This document shows, piece by piece, positions 1 through 10,101 of a stretch of DNA of 64,000 bases. This DNA is from an uncultured Gammaproteobacteria bacterium (GTDB taxonomy: Bacteria > Pseudomonadota > Gammaproteobacteria > Eutrophobiales > Eutrophobiaceae), in assembly GCA_943788005.1 (NCBI GenBank), contig CALSOP010000006.1, positions 32,549-96,548 on the forward strand, read 5' to 3'. The position numbers and the translations under genes are program-made. Under the pieces are notes generated by a model. That model saw only the letters and a program-made list of their open reading frames with translations, was not told where the DNA came from and ran no database searches. The number at the start of each line of letters is the position of its first letter. Within the stretch, counting starts at the first letter, position 1.

Positions 1-1
1 T

Positions 2-1642
2 GCCCCTAAAGAAAAAAAATCCACAACAGAGTCAACGTCAGCACCTTTACCGGGCTTAGCTGTTAATGAAGTACACATTAAGAATGCAAATATTACTTAT
101 AAAGATGGTAAAACAGGTGAGACAACTAAATTACATATTGATGAAGTGACGGTTAACTCGGAGAGTTTTTCCGATCCCATGAGCCTTTTTGTAAAAGCCG
201 AGGTAAACGGTTCCCCATTAGTACTGAGAGGCAGTTTAGGCTCGATCAACAACCTTCTTGAGAACAAAGATTATCCAGTAAATATAAAAGGTGATATATC
301 TGGCGCTGAAATCACTATTGAAGGTAAGTTGAGACAACCCATGGATGCGAAAGGTATCGACTTACTTACATCATTAAACATAAAAGAATTAAGTAGCCTC
401 AATAAATTAGCTGGCTCAGAACTACCAGAAGTTGGCCCCATTATTTTTAGCGGGAAATTATCCGACACGAAGTCCGGTTATTCTGTTAAATCAATGGCTG
501 CTCAAGTAATGGAATACAAAGTGAATGGTGATGTAGAGATTGGTCTTGGTGGCCCGCGTCCTAAATTGATTGCAAATCTGTCAACTGACAGTCTCGATGT
601 AAGTCCTTTTCAACGCGCCTCAGAAGAAGCCATTAAAAAAGAAAAACTATTCCCGTCTGATCCACTACCGTTGAACGGTCTAAAATCTGCTGATATTGAT
701 CTAAAATTTGAAGCAAAAAAGCTGATTACTAAAGACTTAACAATCGATGATGTGAACCTGACTTTGACATTGAACAATGGCAAGTTGCAGATCACACAAA
801 ATGCGAAGGCAGTAGGTGGCACAATTTCAGCAGAGATTAATCTAGACGGCAGCAATGGAAAATCAGCGACACTTAGTAACAATATTGAATTAAAACAAAT
901 TGAGCTTGGTCAATTACCTGCCGTTAAAGAAAAAGAAATACTAACTGGCGGAAAAACAGATATATCGATTAAAGCAAATGGATCGGGCGCGAGTGTTAGT
1001 GCCATTATGGCAGGGTTAAATGGAAAACTGTTGGTAACTATTGGTTCCGGAAAAATTTCAAGCAAAGCAATGGAACTTGCAAGTGCAGACGCACTTATGG
1101 ACACCCTTTCCATGTTAAACCCAATGGCAGAAGGAAGTGATGGTAGTTTACTAGAGTGTGCCGTCGTCAATTTTGATATTAAAGATGGTATTGCTACTGC
1201 AGACAATGGCATTGCGATGTCTACAAACCAAATGAATATTCTTGGTGGCGGTACTATCAATTTAAAAACAGAGTCATTGGATATTGGCATAGCACCAAAA
1301 GCAAAAGAAGGAGTTGGGCTTAATGTTGCTCAACTTGCTGCATTGGTACGACTCGGGGGTAGTCTCGCTAACCCTACTCCAAAGGCAGATACCGAAGCCG
1401 CATTAAAGAAAGGCTTGGCAGCAGGCGCTGCGGTCGCCACTGGCGGCTTATCTTTACTTGCGGGAGAATTATTGGGTGGTTCTGGTGATGATGTTGGAAA
1501 CCCATGTGATATCGCACTAGGAAAAGCACCAAAGAAAACTGCTAAAAAACCATCAACAGAAAAAAGCACGGTGGAAAAGACTACTGACACTGTTAAAGAT
1601 GCTGCAAGTGCAGTGGGTGATAAGCTTAAGAGCCTATTTTAA
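2..1642 (+). CDS. AsmA family protein (5' end lies outside the window)
   Basis: Frame is open from position 2 through ORF 146..1642; beta-strand repeats and a C-terminal 'CAVVNFDIKDGIA...GGGTINLKTESLD...VRLGGSLANP' typical of AsmA-like proteins. Confidence 0.75.
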   Translation, partial: APKEKKSTTESTSAPLPGLAVNEVHIKNANITYKDGKTGETTKLHIDEVTVNSESFSDPMSLFVKAEVNGSPLVLRGSLGSINNLLENKDYPVNIKGDISGAEITIEGKLRQPMDAKGIDLLTSLNIKELSSLNKLAGSELPEVGPIIFSGKLSDTKSGYSVKSMAAQVMEYKVNGDVEIGLGGPRPKLIANLSTDSLDVSPFQRASEEAIKKEKLFPSDPLPLNGLKSADIDLKFEAKKLITKDLTIDDVNLTLTLNNGKLQITQNAKAVGGTISAEINLDGSNGKSATLSNNIELKQIELGQLPAVKEKEILTGGKTDISIKANGSGASVSAIMAGLNGKLLVTIGSGKISSKAMELASADALMDTLSMLNPMAEGSDGSLLECAVVNFDIKDGIATADNGIAMSTNQMNILGGGTINLKTESLDIGIAPKAKEGVGLNVAQLAALVRLGGSLANPTPKADTEAALKKGLAAGAAVATGGLSLLAGELLGGSGDDVGNPCDIALGKAPKKTAKKPSTEKSTVEKTTDTVKDAASAVGDKLKSLF

Positions 1643-1644
1643 AC

Positions 1645-2555
1645 CTAAGGCGTAATCGTAACTTCAAGAGATAACTCGTTTATCGAAATGCGAGATCTTG
1701 TAACCATGTTTCTGGAAGCTTTTTAATTACTTTTACTTCGGGTTGCAACGATGGTCGCTCAACGCCATAAAGCAACACGCCTTTCACAGGGATTTTTCGG
1801 CTGACTGTTGCCCTAAGCAAATTAATATAGGCATCTACCTCTGGTTTACTGGGTGGTTTATTCTTGTAACTAAATACACACGTCTGTATCCATGTTGGGC
1901 AAAGATCAACCGATACCTTTAATCGTTTGAGTGTTGATATATTCGATCCTTTAATTTGATTTATAGTTGCAATACCTCCGTTGGCGTGGCGCTATCTACC
2001 TTGAACCACACCTCCCCATTTATTTTCGCGAGCTTTCTTCAGGCCCTTTCTTTAACCTGGTCCCTGTTTAACCATGCTGCCCATTACTGATCAGCACACA
2101 TTTGATACTGTATTCAATAAGCCCTTATTCCTTTAATACCAGCTCTATCAGGTTAACCACCTGATCAAACTCATTGGCTGTGGTCGGCTCGCCGTTTCCT
2201 GAAATGGCTATATCTTTGATTACCCGATACTCATCCGGCACCTCTTCCCTGATCATAGAAATCCCCATGCACAACATCTGCCAGAAAGTTGCGCAGTTCA
2301 TGGCCCAAGCTTATCCAGATTGACGGCATGGCGCACTGCCTCGAATCAAATCGGGCACCTGGCAGTAGATGCAGCGCCAGTTACAGGCATTGTTAATATT
2401 CAGGTTGATCCCGATGGATAAGCCACCAGCCTGCGCGCCGCGAGAAGCACCGGGTAGACATAGGTCAGGCCAGCCTTGTCGCGGCTGTGGTCGGTGGTCG
2501 TTAAGCATTAATTAGTGTGTCGCTTCAGACAGTTGTAGAATTGATGAATTATCAT
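1645..2555 (-). CDS. Radical SAM protein, broken by several frameshifts (probably sequencing errors)
   Basis: 'GGLSIGINLNINNACNWRCIYCQVPDL' (CxxxCxxC) in ORF 2311..2508; downstream frame segments continue to LEVTITP-stop at 1645; start is approximate. Confidence 0.7.
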
Positions 2556-2598
2556 GTATACCTAAATCAACTATCACTAAGGTATGTGAACGAGATGC

Positions 2599-3273
2599 TT
2601 AAGCTGCAGCTTTAGCTATAACTGCATAAAGCGGATCAACCAGCTAGCTCGGGCTACAGTCCAGATAATTCGACATGTCGGTAAAAGACACCCGTGTCTC
2701 TTGCATACCATGTTCTTATCCAGATACTTTCGATCTTGTTCTGACAGAGAAAGCCAGGCTGTTGTTGCTTTCGTTTCAAAAAACGCGGTTTGAGTACGTG
2801 ATTATAAGCGAGAGCCCCATCCTTCTTTGAGTACTCGCCCTATTTCTGTCAGTACAGCCGACACCGGATCTGAATCAAATAATCAATTGACACGCATAAT
2901 AGTGCACGGCATCAAATTCATTTTCTCTGAAGTGTAATTCTGGCTGCAAATTTAAATCATGTACAAGCCACTCATCTAGCTGTTTATTCCTAGCAAGCTC
3001 CCTTGCATTCATGCCTAAACCGACGATACGTTGATAATTCACATCCTCTGGATAATGGCTTACCCAACTACTCATTAAATCCAGAACGACAGCATTAACG
3101 GGAATGTACTTCCTATAAAGATCCGTGACCGCGTCAATAGCACCAGCGTCTATATGTGTTACAAATCGGGGAATTTTATAAAAAATATCATCTGGGCTCT
3201 CATCTATACGACAGTGAGCATCCTCAGATAACTTAACAGCAATATTCTTCTCAAACGACATGTTGAATAACAA
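2599..3273 (-). CDS. SAM-dependent methyltransferase (type 11-like), frameshifted
   Basis: 'DESPDDIFYKIPRFVTHID...VLDLMSSWVSHYP...GLGMNARELARN'; the C-terminal 'DPLYAVIAKAAA*' is recovered in another frame, ending at 2599. Confidence 0.7.
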
Positions 3274-3325
3274 AAGAAATGAATATAGGAATTAAGCAAG
3301 GTCCCTTTGCTTAAATTCAACAACA

Positions 3326-3358
3326 GAAGTATTTTATTTCGATAATAAAATACTTCTC
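3326..3358. terminator. Perfect 14-bp hairpin downstream of the HU gene
   Basis: agaagtattttatt-tcgat-aataaaatacttct. Confidence 0.5.
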
Positions 3359-3375
3359 TTATTCAGCTAAATCGG

Positions 3376-3714
3376 CTAACTCGTTGCCATATCTTTACAA
3401 GCTTTTAAAGCGACCGCGCGCACGCTTGTAGATGCTTTTTTAGCTTTGAACATCATCGGTTCGCCAGTGAATGGGTTAATACCTTTACGTGCTTTTGTCG
3501 CAGGCTTTTTAACACGCTTTAGCTTAACACCTAGTTCAGGCACCATAAATTCACCACAACCACGTGCTTTAAGATGACGCTGCGCTTGATCTGACAATGA
3601 CGCTAATACTGCTTTTACATCTTTTTTTGATACTTCTGTAGCATCGGATATTTCTGCAATAACTTGTGCTTTCGTCATTCTATCTTTTACAGAGGTTAGT
3701 TTATTCGTGGCCAT
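3376..3714 (-). CDS. HU/IHF family histone-like DNA-binding protein
   Basis: 'MTKAQVIAEIS...KARKGINPFTGEPMMFKAK' HU arm motif; lysine-rich. Confidence 0.85.
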   Translation of the reverse strand: MATNKLTSVKDRMTKAQVIAEISDATEVSKKDVKAVLASLSDQAQRHLKARGCGEFMVPELGVKLKRVKKPATKARKGINPFTGEPMMFKAKKASTSVRAVALKACKDMATS

Positions 3715-3962
3715 GAGCGCTCCTTTTATGTTTTAAGTTAAATTTTGAATTCGATACGGATGCGTATTGTAACGCATTAATCAATTTTTCTATCTAGTTT
3801 TTTCTCGTAATTGCTAATACATAACGTGATTTTCAAGTTTGAAAATATTGAGCTAGAGATGATAATTTAAATATTCAGGTCATTGTCAAATTTATTATTA
3901 GCAAGGATTGCTAGAGAAGTATATGACCTAGGTTAAGAAATCGTTTTTTATCATCATGATAA

Positions 3963-4048
3963 TGGTGCCCGGGGCCGGAATCGAACCGGCACGGTGTTAC
4001 ACCGAGGGATTTTAAGTCCCTTGCGTCTACCAATTCCGCCACCCGGGC
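3963..4048 (-). tRNA. tRNA-Leu (TAA)
   Basis: GCCCGGGTGGCGGAATTGGTAGACGCAAGGGACTTAAAATCCC...GGTTCGATTCCGGCCCCGGGCACCA; long variable arm. Confidence 0.95.
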
Positions 4049-4069
4049 TAGACACTTGATATAGTAATT

Positions 4070-4143
4070 TGGAGGCTGAGCCCGGAATTGAACCGAGGTA
4101 CACGGTTTTGCAAACCGCTGCATAACCACTCTGCCACTCAGCC
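4070..4143 (-). tRNA. tRNA-Cys (GCA)
   Basis: GGCTGAGTGGCAGAGTGGTTATGCAGCGGTTTGCAAAACCGTG...GGTTCAATTCCGGGCTCAGCCTCCA. Confidence 0.95.
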
Positions 4144-4214
4144 AGGTTACTATTTTACTAATTTCTACGCCTGCAAAATACAAAACCCCGGAAATACCGG
4201 GGTTTCCATGAATT

Positions 4215-4289
4215 TGGAGCGGGAAACGAGATTCGAACTCGCGACCCCAACCTTGGCAAGGTTGTGCTCTACCACTGAGCTATTCCCGC
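4215..4289 (-). tRNA. tRNA-Gly (GCC)
   Basis: GCGGGAATAGCTCAGTGGTAGAGCACAACCTTGCCAAGGTTGGGGTCGCGAGTTCGAATCTCGTTTCCCGCTCCA. Confidence 0.95.
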
Positions 4290-4343
4290 AGAGGACGCTT
4301 ATTGTAGCTTCGGTCTTTTGAGGTGTCAATCAATATTACCAAT

Positions 4344-4897
4344 TTATTCTTTTAATTGTGGCCAAGCCGCCAATAAATACTGAATCATCGAGATCAGAGT
4401 TAAAATTGCGGCGATATAAAGCAGTACCAAGTCCTATTTCATACACCGGCATACCTAACAGAGGCATTCTGAAGATAAGAAAGCCTAGCGCGACCATTTG
4501 CGCTATTGTTTTTATCTTTACCCAAGACTGAAACAGCAACCTTACTGCGCGCGCCAATTTCGGCCATCCATTCACGCAATGCCGAAACAGTAATCTCACG
4601 CCCTATAATAATAGCTGCTGGTAATGCCAAGATAAATCACAGGGTTTTGCTGTACGAGTAATAACAAACGCCACTGCAACCATTAATTTATCTGCAACAG
4701 GGTCTAAAAATGCCCCTAATGATGAAGTTTGGTTTAGTTTTCTGGCCAGATAACCATCCAGACACATCAGTCACTGCTGCTACAGTAAAGACAAGGCAGG
4801 CAAAATAGTTGTTCCAACTCAATGGCAAGTAAAAAACCAGTACAAAAACAGGTATTAGTAGAATTCGGAGTAATGTTAATTGATTAGGTATGTTCAT
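4344..4897 (-). CDS. pgsA: CDP-diacylglycerol--glycerol-3-phosphate 3-phosphatidyltransferase, frameshifted in this assembly
   Basis: '[18 protein letters not shown]', '[20 protein letters not shown]' and '[11 protein letters not shown]' spread over three frames; conserved uvrC-pgsA-tRNA(Gly,Cys,Leu) order. Confidence 0.9.
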
Positions 4898-6731
4898 AAA
4901 TTATTATGGAATGTTTCATATATTTTCTGAGCAAGGTTTTTATTAATCCCCGGTACATTTGCCAAGTCATCTACTCCAGCCTTGGCAACTCCCTGTAACC
5001 CACCAAAATGTTTTATTAGGCTTTGTCGGCGCTTATTTCCTATTCCCTCTATATCTTCGAGCGTTGAACGATTACGAGTCTTTTTTCTTCTTTGTCGGTG
5101 CGCTGTGATTGCAAAACGATGCGCTTCATCTCGTATATGTTGTATTAGATGTAGTGCTGGAGATGAACTATCACAGTCTATCGTTTTATTTTCAAGTGCT
5201 AGAATCAGGTTTTCCAGCCCGGGCTTTCTTGAAGGCCCTTTCGCCACACCTAATATTGGAATATGCCTTATTTGCAACTCATCAAGTTCTTTTTTTGCCA
5301 CGCCAATTTGACCTTTACCACCATCAATTAAAATAAGGTCCGGTAGTTTTGCATCCTCTTTAACGAGCCGTGTGTAACGTCGTCTAATGACTTGGCTCAT
5401 AGCCGCGTAATCATCACCTTTCGTAATGTTATTTATATTAAATTGGCGGTATTGCGAGTTCATGGGTCCATCTGGTCCAAACACGACGCAAGACCCAACC
5501 GTCGATTCCCCTTGTGTATGGCTAATATCAAAGCATTCCATACGTTCAATGGGCTCTTTGAAAGAGAGCAATTCCTGCAAGGCATCAAAGCGTTTATGTT
5601 GGCTCTTATTGCTTGCCAATTTATGTTTTAGTGTCAAATCTGCGTTTTCTTGTGTCATGGTGAGCCACTTCGCACGCTCACCTCTCACCTTGAATTTTAG
5701 TTTTACTTTCCTGCCTGCTTTTTCCGAAATAACATCTTCTATCAGTTCAACACCATCAATATCGTGGTTTATCAATATTTCAGAGGGTATTTTTTGCTGT
5801 GTGTTTGGATTTAAATAAAATTGACTTAAAAATGCCTTAACTAAATCGGCTTCAGATTGTTCAGCAATATTTTGCGGATAATAACTGCGGCTACCTAAAT
5901 TCAATCCGGAGCGGATGATAACCAACTGTATGCAGGCATGATGCCCCCATGTATAGCGCAGGCAATAATATCAAGGTCGCCGCCGTCCGTACTGATATGC
6001 TGTTTTTCCTGAACATCGCGCAATGAACGTATTTGATCACGCAATCTTGCCGCAACTTCGAACTCCAGTGCATCTGATGCTCTTTGCATGGGTTCGGTTC
6101 AATGACTTTATAACCTCATCATTTTTCCCTTCAAGAAACAATGTCGCATGCTTGATGTCGCGTTCGATAATCTTCTTTTGCAATGATATCGACACAGGGC
6201 GCTGAGCAGCGTTTGATTTGGTATTGCAAACAGGGCCGGGAACGGTTGGCAAATACACTGTCTTCACAAGATCGAATCATGAATAACTTTTGCAATAAGA
6301 TTCAGTGTGCGTCTAACAGAACCAGCGCCAGGATAGGGACCAAAATACTTCCCCTTCCCTTTTAGCGCACCTCGATGATAGCGGAAATGCGGGTAATCAT
6401 GATCACGTTGATAAATAAAGATAGGGATAACTTTTGTCATCTCGAAACAAGATGTTGTAGCGAGGCTTGTAACTTTTTATTAGATTGTTTTCGAGAATCA
6501 ATGCCTCGTTTTCAGTATGTGTAACAGTCACCTCTACATTTTCAACCTGCTTGATCATCACCTGCGTCTTGGGCGAGTCTGCCTGGCTGCGATTAAAGTA
6601 GCTGGAAACCCGTTTCTTTAGATTTTTTGCTTTTCCGACATAGATTACCTTGTCCTTGAACATCCTGCATACAGTACACACCGGGCAGACTGGTTAATGT
6701 TTTAAGGTATGTCTTCGAATCAAACGGTCAT
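4894..6731 (-). CDS. uvrC: Excinuclease ABC subunit C, frameshifted in its 5' half
   Basis: GIY-YIG '[18 protein letters not shown]', 'ECFDISH', '[13 protein letters not shown]', '[10 protein letters not shown]' and C-terminal HhH motifs. Confidence 0.92.
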
Positions 6732-6737
6732 GTAAAA

Positions 6738-7390
6738 CTAGAGTCCAAGTTGTGCCTTGACCTGAATAAAGATATCACTAAACATTGCTGCCGTCAGCCG
6801 TCTGGTGTTGGTGTTGTAGCTGACTGCAATGATAAGAGTCAGTAATAGCTCGTCCATCATCAAGCAAATGAGCTTTCCGCCATGTTGAAAAGGGTAGTCT
6901 GATTGCTTTAATCCTAAGGCCTTTATCACCGCCTTATGTGATATCTGACCTAAACACAGAATCACCGCTTTTTTATCTATCCCCTTCAATTCTTCTACCA
7001 GGTATGAATTACAGGTATTAATCTCCTCACCTACTCGGCTTGTTCTCAGGCGGCAAGCATTTCACGGCGTTAGTAATTCGACAGTGCCTTAATTTCAAAC
7101 CATCTTCCAGATCAGTGAGAGGTCTGTTTATTACTGAAACCATGCTTATAAAGCATCTCATACAAGAATTATCCCGGCATGGTCACCCGTGAAAGGTCTG
7201 CCCGTCGCATTTGCACCGTGCATACCTGGCGCGAGACCGACGATAAGTAATTTTGGGGTTTCTAACGCCAAAAGGAGGTACCGGTCGTGCGTGATAGCCG
7301 GCATATTTTCTTCGAACCTCTGTTAGAAAGCCGACTTAGCCTTGGGCACGCTGTACAATTTAGATCAAACACAGATAAATTTTCTGACAT
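6738..7390 (-). CDS. Uracil-DNA glycosylase (family 5/UdgB-like, Fe-S), frameshifted
   Basis: Recovered segments 'CTACPRL', '[10 protein letters not shown]', '[26 protein letters not shown]' and 'YNTNTRRLT'. Confidence 0.8.
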
Positions 7391-7406
7391 TTTATGCAAT
7401 ATTACG

Positions 7407-8104
7407 TTACCAATCCAGATTTGTCGGTATCTCTGTCTTGTTTTTTTTGTGGCGGTAGCTTGAACTTGCTTGATACACTTTTTTCCTTATTCGATTTAAC
7501 TCACCTATTGGTCGATGATCATTCAGGCTATTCCAGGGAGAAAAGGATAGATTCTCACAGAATTCTCGCTGTTCTTGGCTAGTAAATACCTGACTGGGGA
7601 TCTTGATTTTTGCTAGTGATATGAATGACGAATCTGATTCTCGCCATTCAATACTTGGATCTTCAATTGGCATATACTTATTTGGATCCTGCAATTGCAC
7701 CAAAAAATCAAAACACCCTGCTCCTTTCGCGAGCTCTTCTCTCATCACTTCTTGCAAGAAATCGGGCCCCTTTTTTTCATAATTTGATACACCTTCTGCA
7801 ATAGAACAAGACCGTGCAGAATATTTTATATTATGTGGTCCAAGTTTATAGGCCGTGTTACTAAAGTATTGCGTTTTAAGCGGACTAATTGGAGGTGGTT
7901 TTAATGTATTTAAAGCATGAACCAATTCTCTTAAATGCCATTTGAACGGATTAACACCTTCGACAAAGTACAAAATCTTATCTTCGCTTTCAAGAAACTG
8001 ATTATAATCATTCACATTAGCTACAAAAAATACTGGGCTGTCATGCATTAAAAACTCTTGCGTTTCTGAGTCTTCTGCATTTATTTTTAAACCATTATCA
8101 TAAA
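7407..8104 (-). pseudogene. Catalase-family (catalase-related peroxidase) gene, 5'-truncated at an IS end
   Basis: 'QEFLMHDSPVFF', 'YFSNTAYKLG', 'FLVQLQDP..MPIEDPSIEW', 'LSFSPW..L.DHRPIGELNRIRKKVY..SS'; the N-terminal distal-His region is missing. Confidence 0.75.
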
Positions 8105-8240
8105 TGTACCCCGTCAGCACCATGTGGACCAACTAGCCTGATTGTCTAAGAGATAGTTTTAGTTCATCGTTAACCCAAGAGGAAACGATGATGACAAGTA
8201 AAAGAAGTGTAGAACATACTGTGCGCGATATTCGTCGACG
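8105..8240 (+). mobile_element. Truncated inverted copy of the IS left end (IRL plus first orfA codons)
   Basis: 136 bp equal to the reverse complement of 9606..9741 with one mismatch; begins TGTACCCCGTCAGCACC. Confidence 0.9.
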
Positions 8241-8300
8241 TGTACGTCGTCAAAACCTTTTGGACAGGTAGCGGTTTGATTTAAGAGACACATTAGTTCA

Positions 8301-9299
8301 TCAATAGGTTATGTGCTTCACTTGTTGTTTATCGTAATGCATTTGTCGTCTCATCGCTAACGTGTTTTGTTTGATTAGCTCTCGTTGACTTAGTATTTCT
8401 TCGCCACGCCCATAAAAGACATCAGCCGGTGTCAGGTTATCAAGTGATTCATGATAACGCTCATGGTTGTAATAACTCACAAAACGCTGCAACTGTTCCT
8501 CCAGTTCCCCGGGGAAATAATAGTGGTGAAGTAATATCTGATTCTTCATTGAACGATGCCAGCGCTCTATCTTGCCTTGTGTTTGTGGATGATAAGGTCG
8601 ACCTCGAGTGTGCGTCATACCGTTTTCTTCAAGGTAATCGGCTAATTCACCGGAGATATAACACGGGCCATTGTCACTGAGTAAACGCGGTTTATGATTT
8701 ACCTTTACTGTATCAAGTCCCGTAAAGCGTAAGGCGTCATCCAGCGTATCAGAGACATCACGGCTACTCATGCCCGTACATAAACGCCAGGCAATAATGT
8801 AACGTGAGTAATCATCTAATACCGTGGATAAGTAATACCAACCCCAACCGATAATCTTGAAATAGGTAAAATCCGTTTGCCACATCTCATTCACGCGCGT
8901 AGTGGGCTGTTGAAACTTATCACTGGCCTCCATCAGGATATAGGCCGGACTGGTAATTAAGTCTTGTTCTTTCAGCAGCCTGTACACCGTGGATTCTGAG
9001 ACGAAGTAAGCCTTGTTGTCAGTGTAATTTACGGCTAACTCTCGTGGAGACAAATCAGGCTTCTCTAAGGCTAACTCAATAACGGCTTCACAGTGGTCTT
9101 CGGTGATTTTATTCCATACCGCATGGGGAATCGGCTTCTTGTCTTCCAAGCCATCAACGCCATTCTCTTCATAACGTTTGAGCCAGTTGTAAAAAGTGGA
9201 CTTATGAATGTCCAGCCGAGTCAGCGTTTGTCGAACCGACAGATCTGAGTTCTGTACCAGTTGAATAATCTCGACTTTATCCGATGCTAAGTACCTCAT
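8301..9299 (-). CDS. IS transposase OrfB (integrase-core DDE)
   Basis: 'WQTDFTY', 'LLSDNGPCY', 'HPQTQGKIERWHRSMK'. Confidence 0.92.
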   Translation of the reverse strand: MRYLASDKVEIIQLVQNSDLSVRQTLTRLDIHKSTFYNWLKRYEENGVDGLEDKKPIPHAVWNKITEDHCEAVIELALEKPDLSPRELAVNYTDNKAYFVSESTVYRLLKEQDLITSPAYILMEASDKFQQPTTRVNEMWQTDFTYFKIIGWGWYYLSTVLDDYSRYIIAWRLCTGMSSRDVSDTLDDALRFTGLDTVKVNHKPRLLSDNGPCYISGELADYLEENGMTHTRGRPYHPQTQGKIERWHRSMKNQILLHHYYFPGELEEQLQRFVSYYNHERYHESLDNLTPADVFYGRGEEILSQRELIKQNTLAMRRQMHYDKQQVKHITY

Positions 9300-9658
9300 A
9301 TATCGTCCTCCCCATCCCCGAGCACGCTTTTTTTAAGCAGCCGATTCTCCATGACTACTTCGCCTAAGGTTTCTTTCAGCGCAGATGTTTCAGCACGCAG
9401 TTCTTTGACTTCATCTGAGGTCGCTTCACGTACGATATCGCCTGATAAACGTTTCTTACCTGCCTCCAGAAAGTCTTTCGACCAACGGTAGTAAACATTT
9501 GGGTTTAGTCCTTCCTTGCGACATAGCTCAGCGATGCTTTCTTCGCCACGTAAGCCTTCAAGTACGATACGAATTTTTTCTTCTGCTGAATATTTTTTAC
9601 GGGTGCGTCGACGAATATCGCGCACAGTATGTTCTACACTTCTTTTACTTGTCATCAT
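9296..9658 (-). CDS. IS transposase OrfA (HTH), likely fused to OrfB by -1 frameshifting
   Basis: 'YSAEEKIRIVLEGLRGEESIAELCRKEGLNPNVYYRW'; slippery AAAAAAAG at about 9327-9334 on the minus strand. Confidence 0.9.
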   Translation of the reverse strand: MMTSKRSVEHTVRDIRRRTRKKYSAEEKIRIVLEGLRGEESIAELCRKEGLNPNVYYRWSKDFLEAGKKRLSGDIVREATSDEVKELRAETSALKETLGEVVMENRLLKKSVLGDGEDDI

Positions 9659-9849
9659 CGTTTCCTCTTGGGTTAACGATGAACTAAAACTATCTCTTAG
9701 AGAATCAGGCTAGTTGGTCCACATGGTGCTGACGGGGTACAGCAACACAAGACGTGACAAAAAATACTTGGGTGTACATCAAGGTTATACATTAAGAGCA
9801 GCAGAATTAATGATTAAGAACCGTATAACATATCTATTAGAGCATGTAA

Positions 9850-9939
9850 TGGCGGAGAGGGTGGGATTCGAACCCACGGGACCGGTTAACGTTCGCTGGT
9901 TTTCAAGACCAGTGCATTCGACCACTCTGCCACCTCTCC
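9850..9939 (-). tRNA. tRNA-Ser (TGA)
   Basis: GGAGAGGTGGCAGAGTGGTCGAATGCACTGGTCTTGAAAACCAGC...GGTTCGAATCCCACCCTCTCCGCCA; long variable arm. Confidence 0.95.
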
Positions 9940-10101
9940 AGTGTCGCGCGATCAAGCAGCGAGAGGATACATGATCATTCGCCATCGGAAAAGCCGTATA
10001 AGACAATTGAATTTAATGAAAATTTATTGAAACAAAGCTTGATATTTTCCATGCCAAACCATTACATAATAGATATTGTTTTAATAACGAGGTGGAAATA
10101 A

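Larger units (their letters stand above)
8241..9741 (-). mobile_element. IS3-family insertion sequence, 1501 bp
   Basis: Imperfect terminal IRs TGTACGTCGTCAAAACCTTTTGGAC / TGTACCCCGTCAGCACCATGTGGAC; orfA (HTH) overlapping orfB (rve DDE); no target-site duplication seen. Confidence 0.92.

Noticed and set aside
3911-4321. ORFs 3911..4183 and 4088..4321
   Set aside because: Spurious frames overlapping the three tRNA genes.
7391-9850. Integrative element at tRNA-Ser with att repeats
   Set aside because: No integrase gene and no duplicate of the tRNA 3' end were found at the distal boundary.
9714-10006. ORF 9714..9974, which shares its N-terminus MVHMVLTGY with ORF 7407..8132, and the overlapping ORF 9785..10006
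   Set aside because: The shared start is simply the IS left end read outward; the rest of both ORFs overlaps tRNA-Ser.
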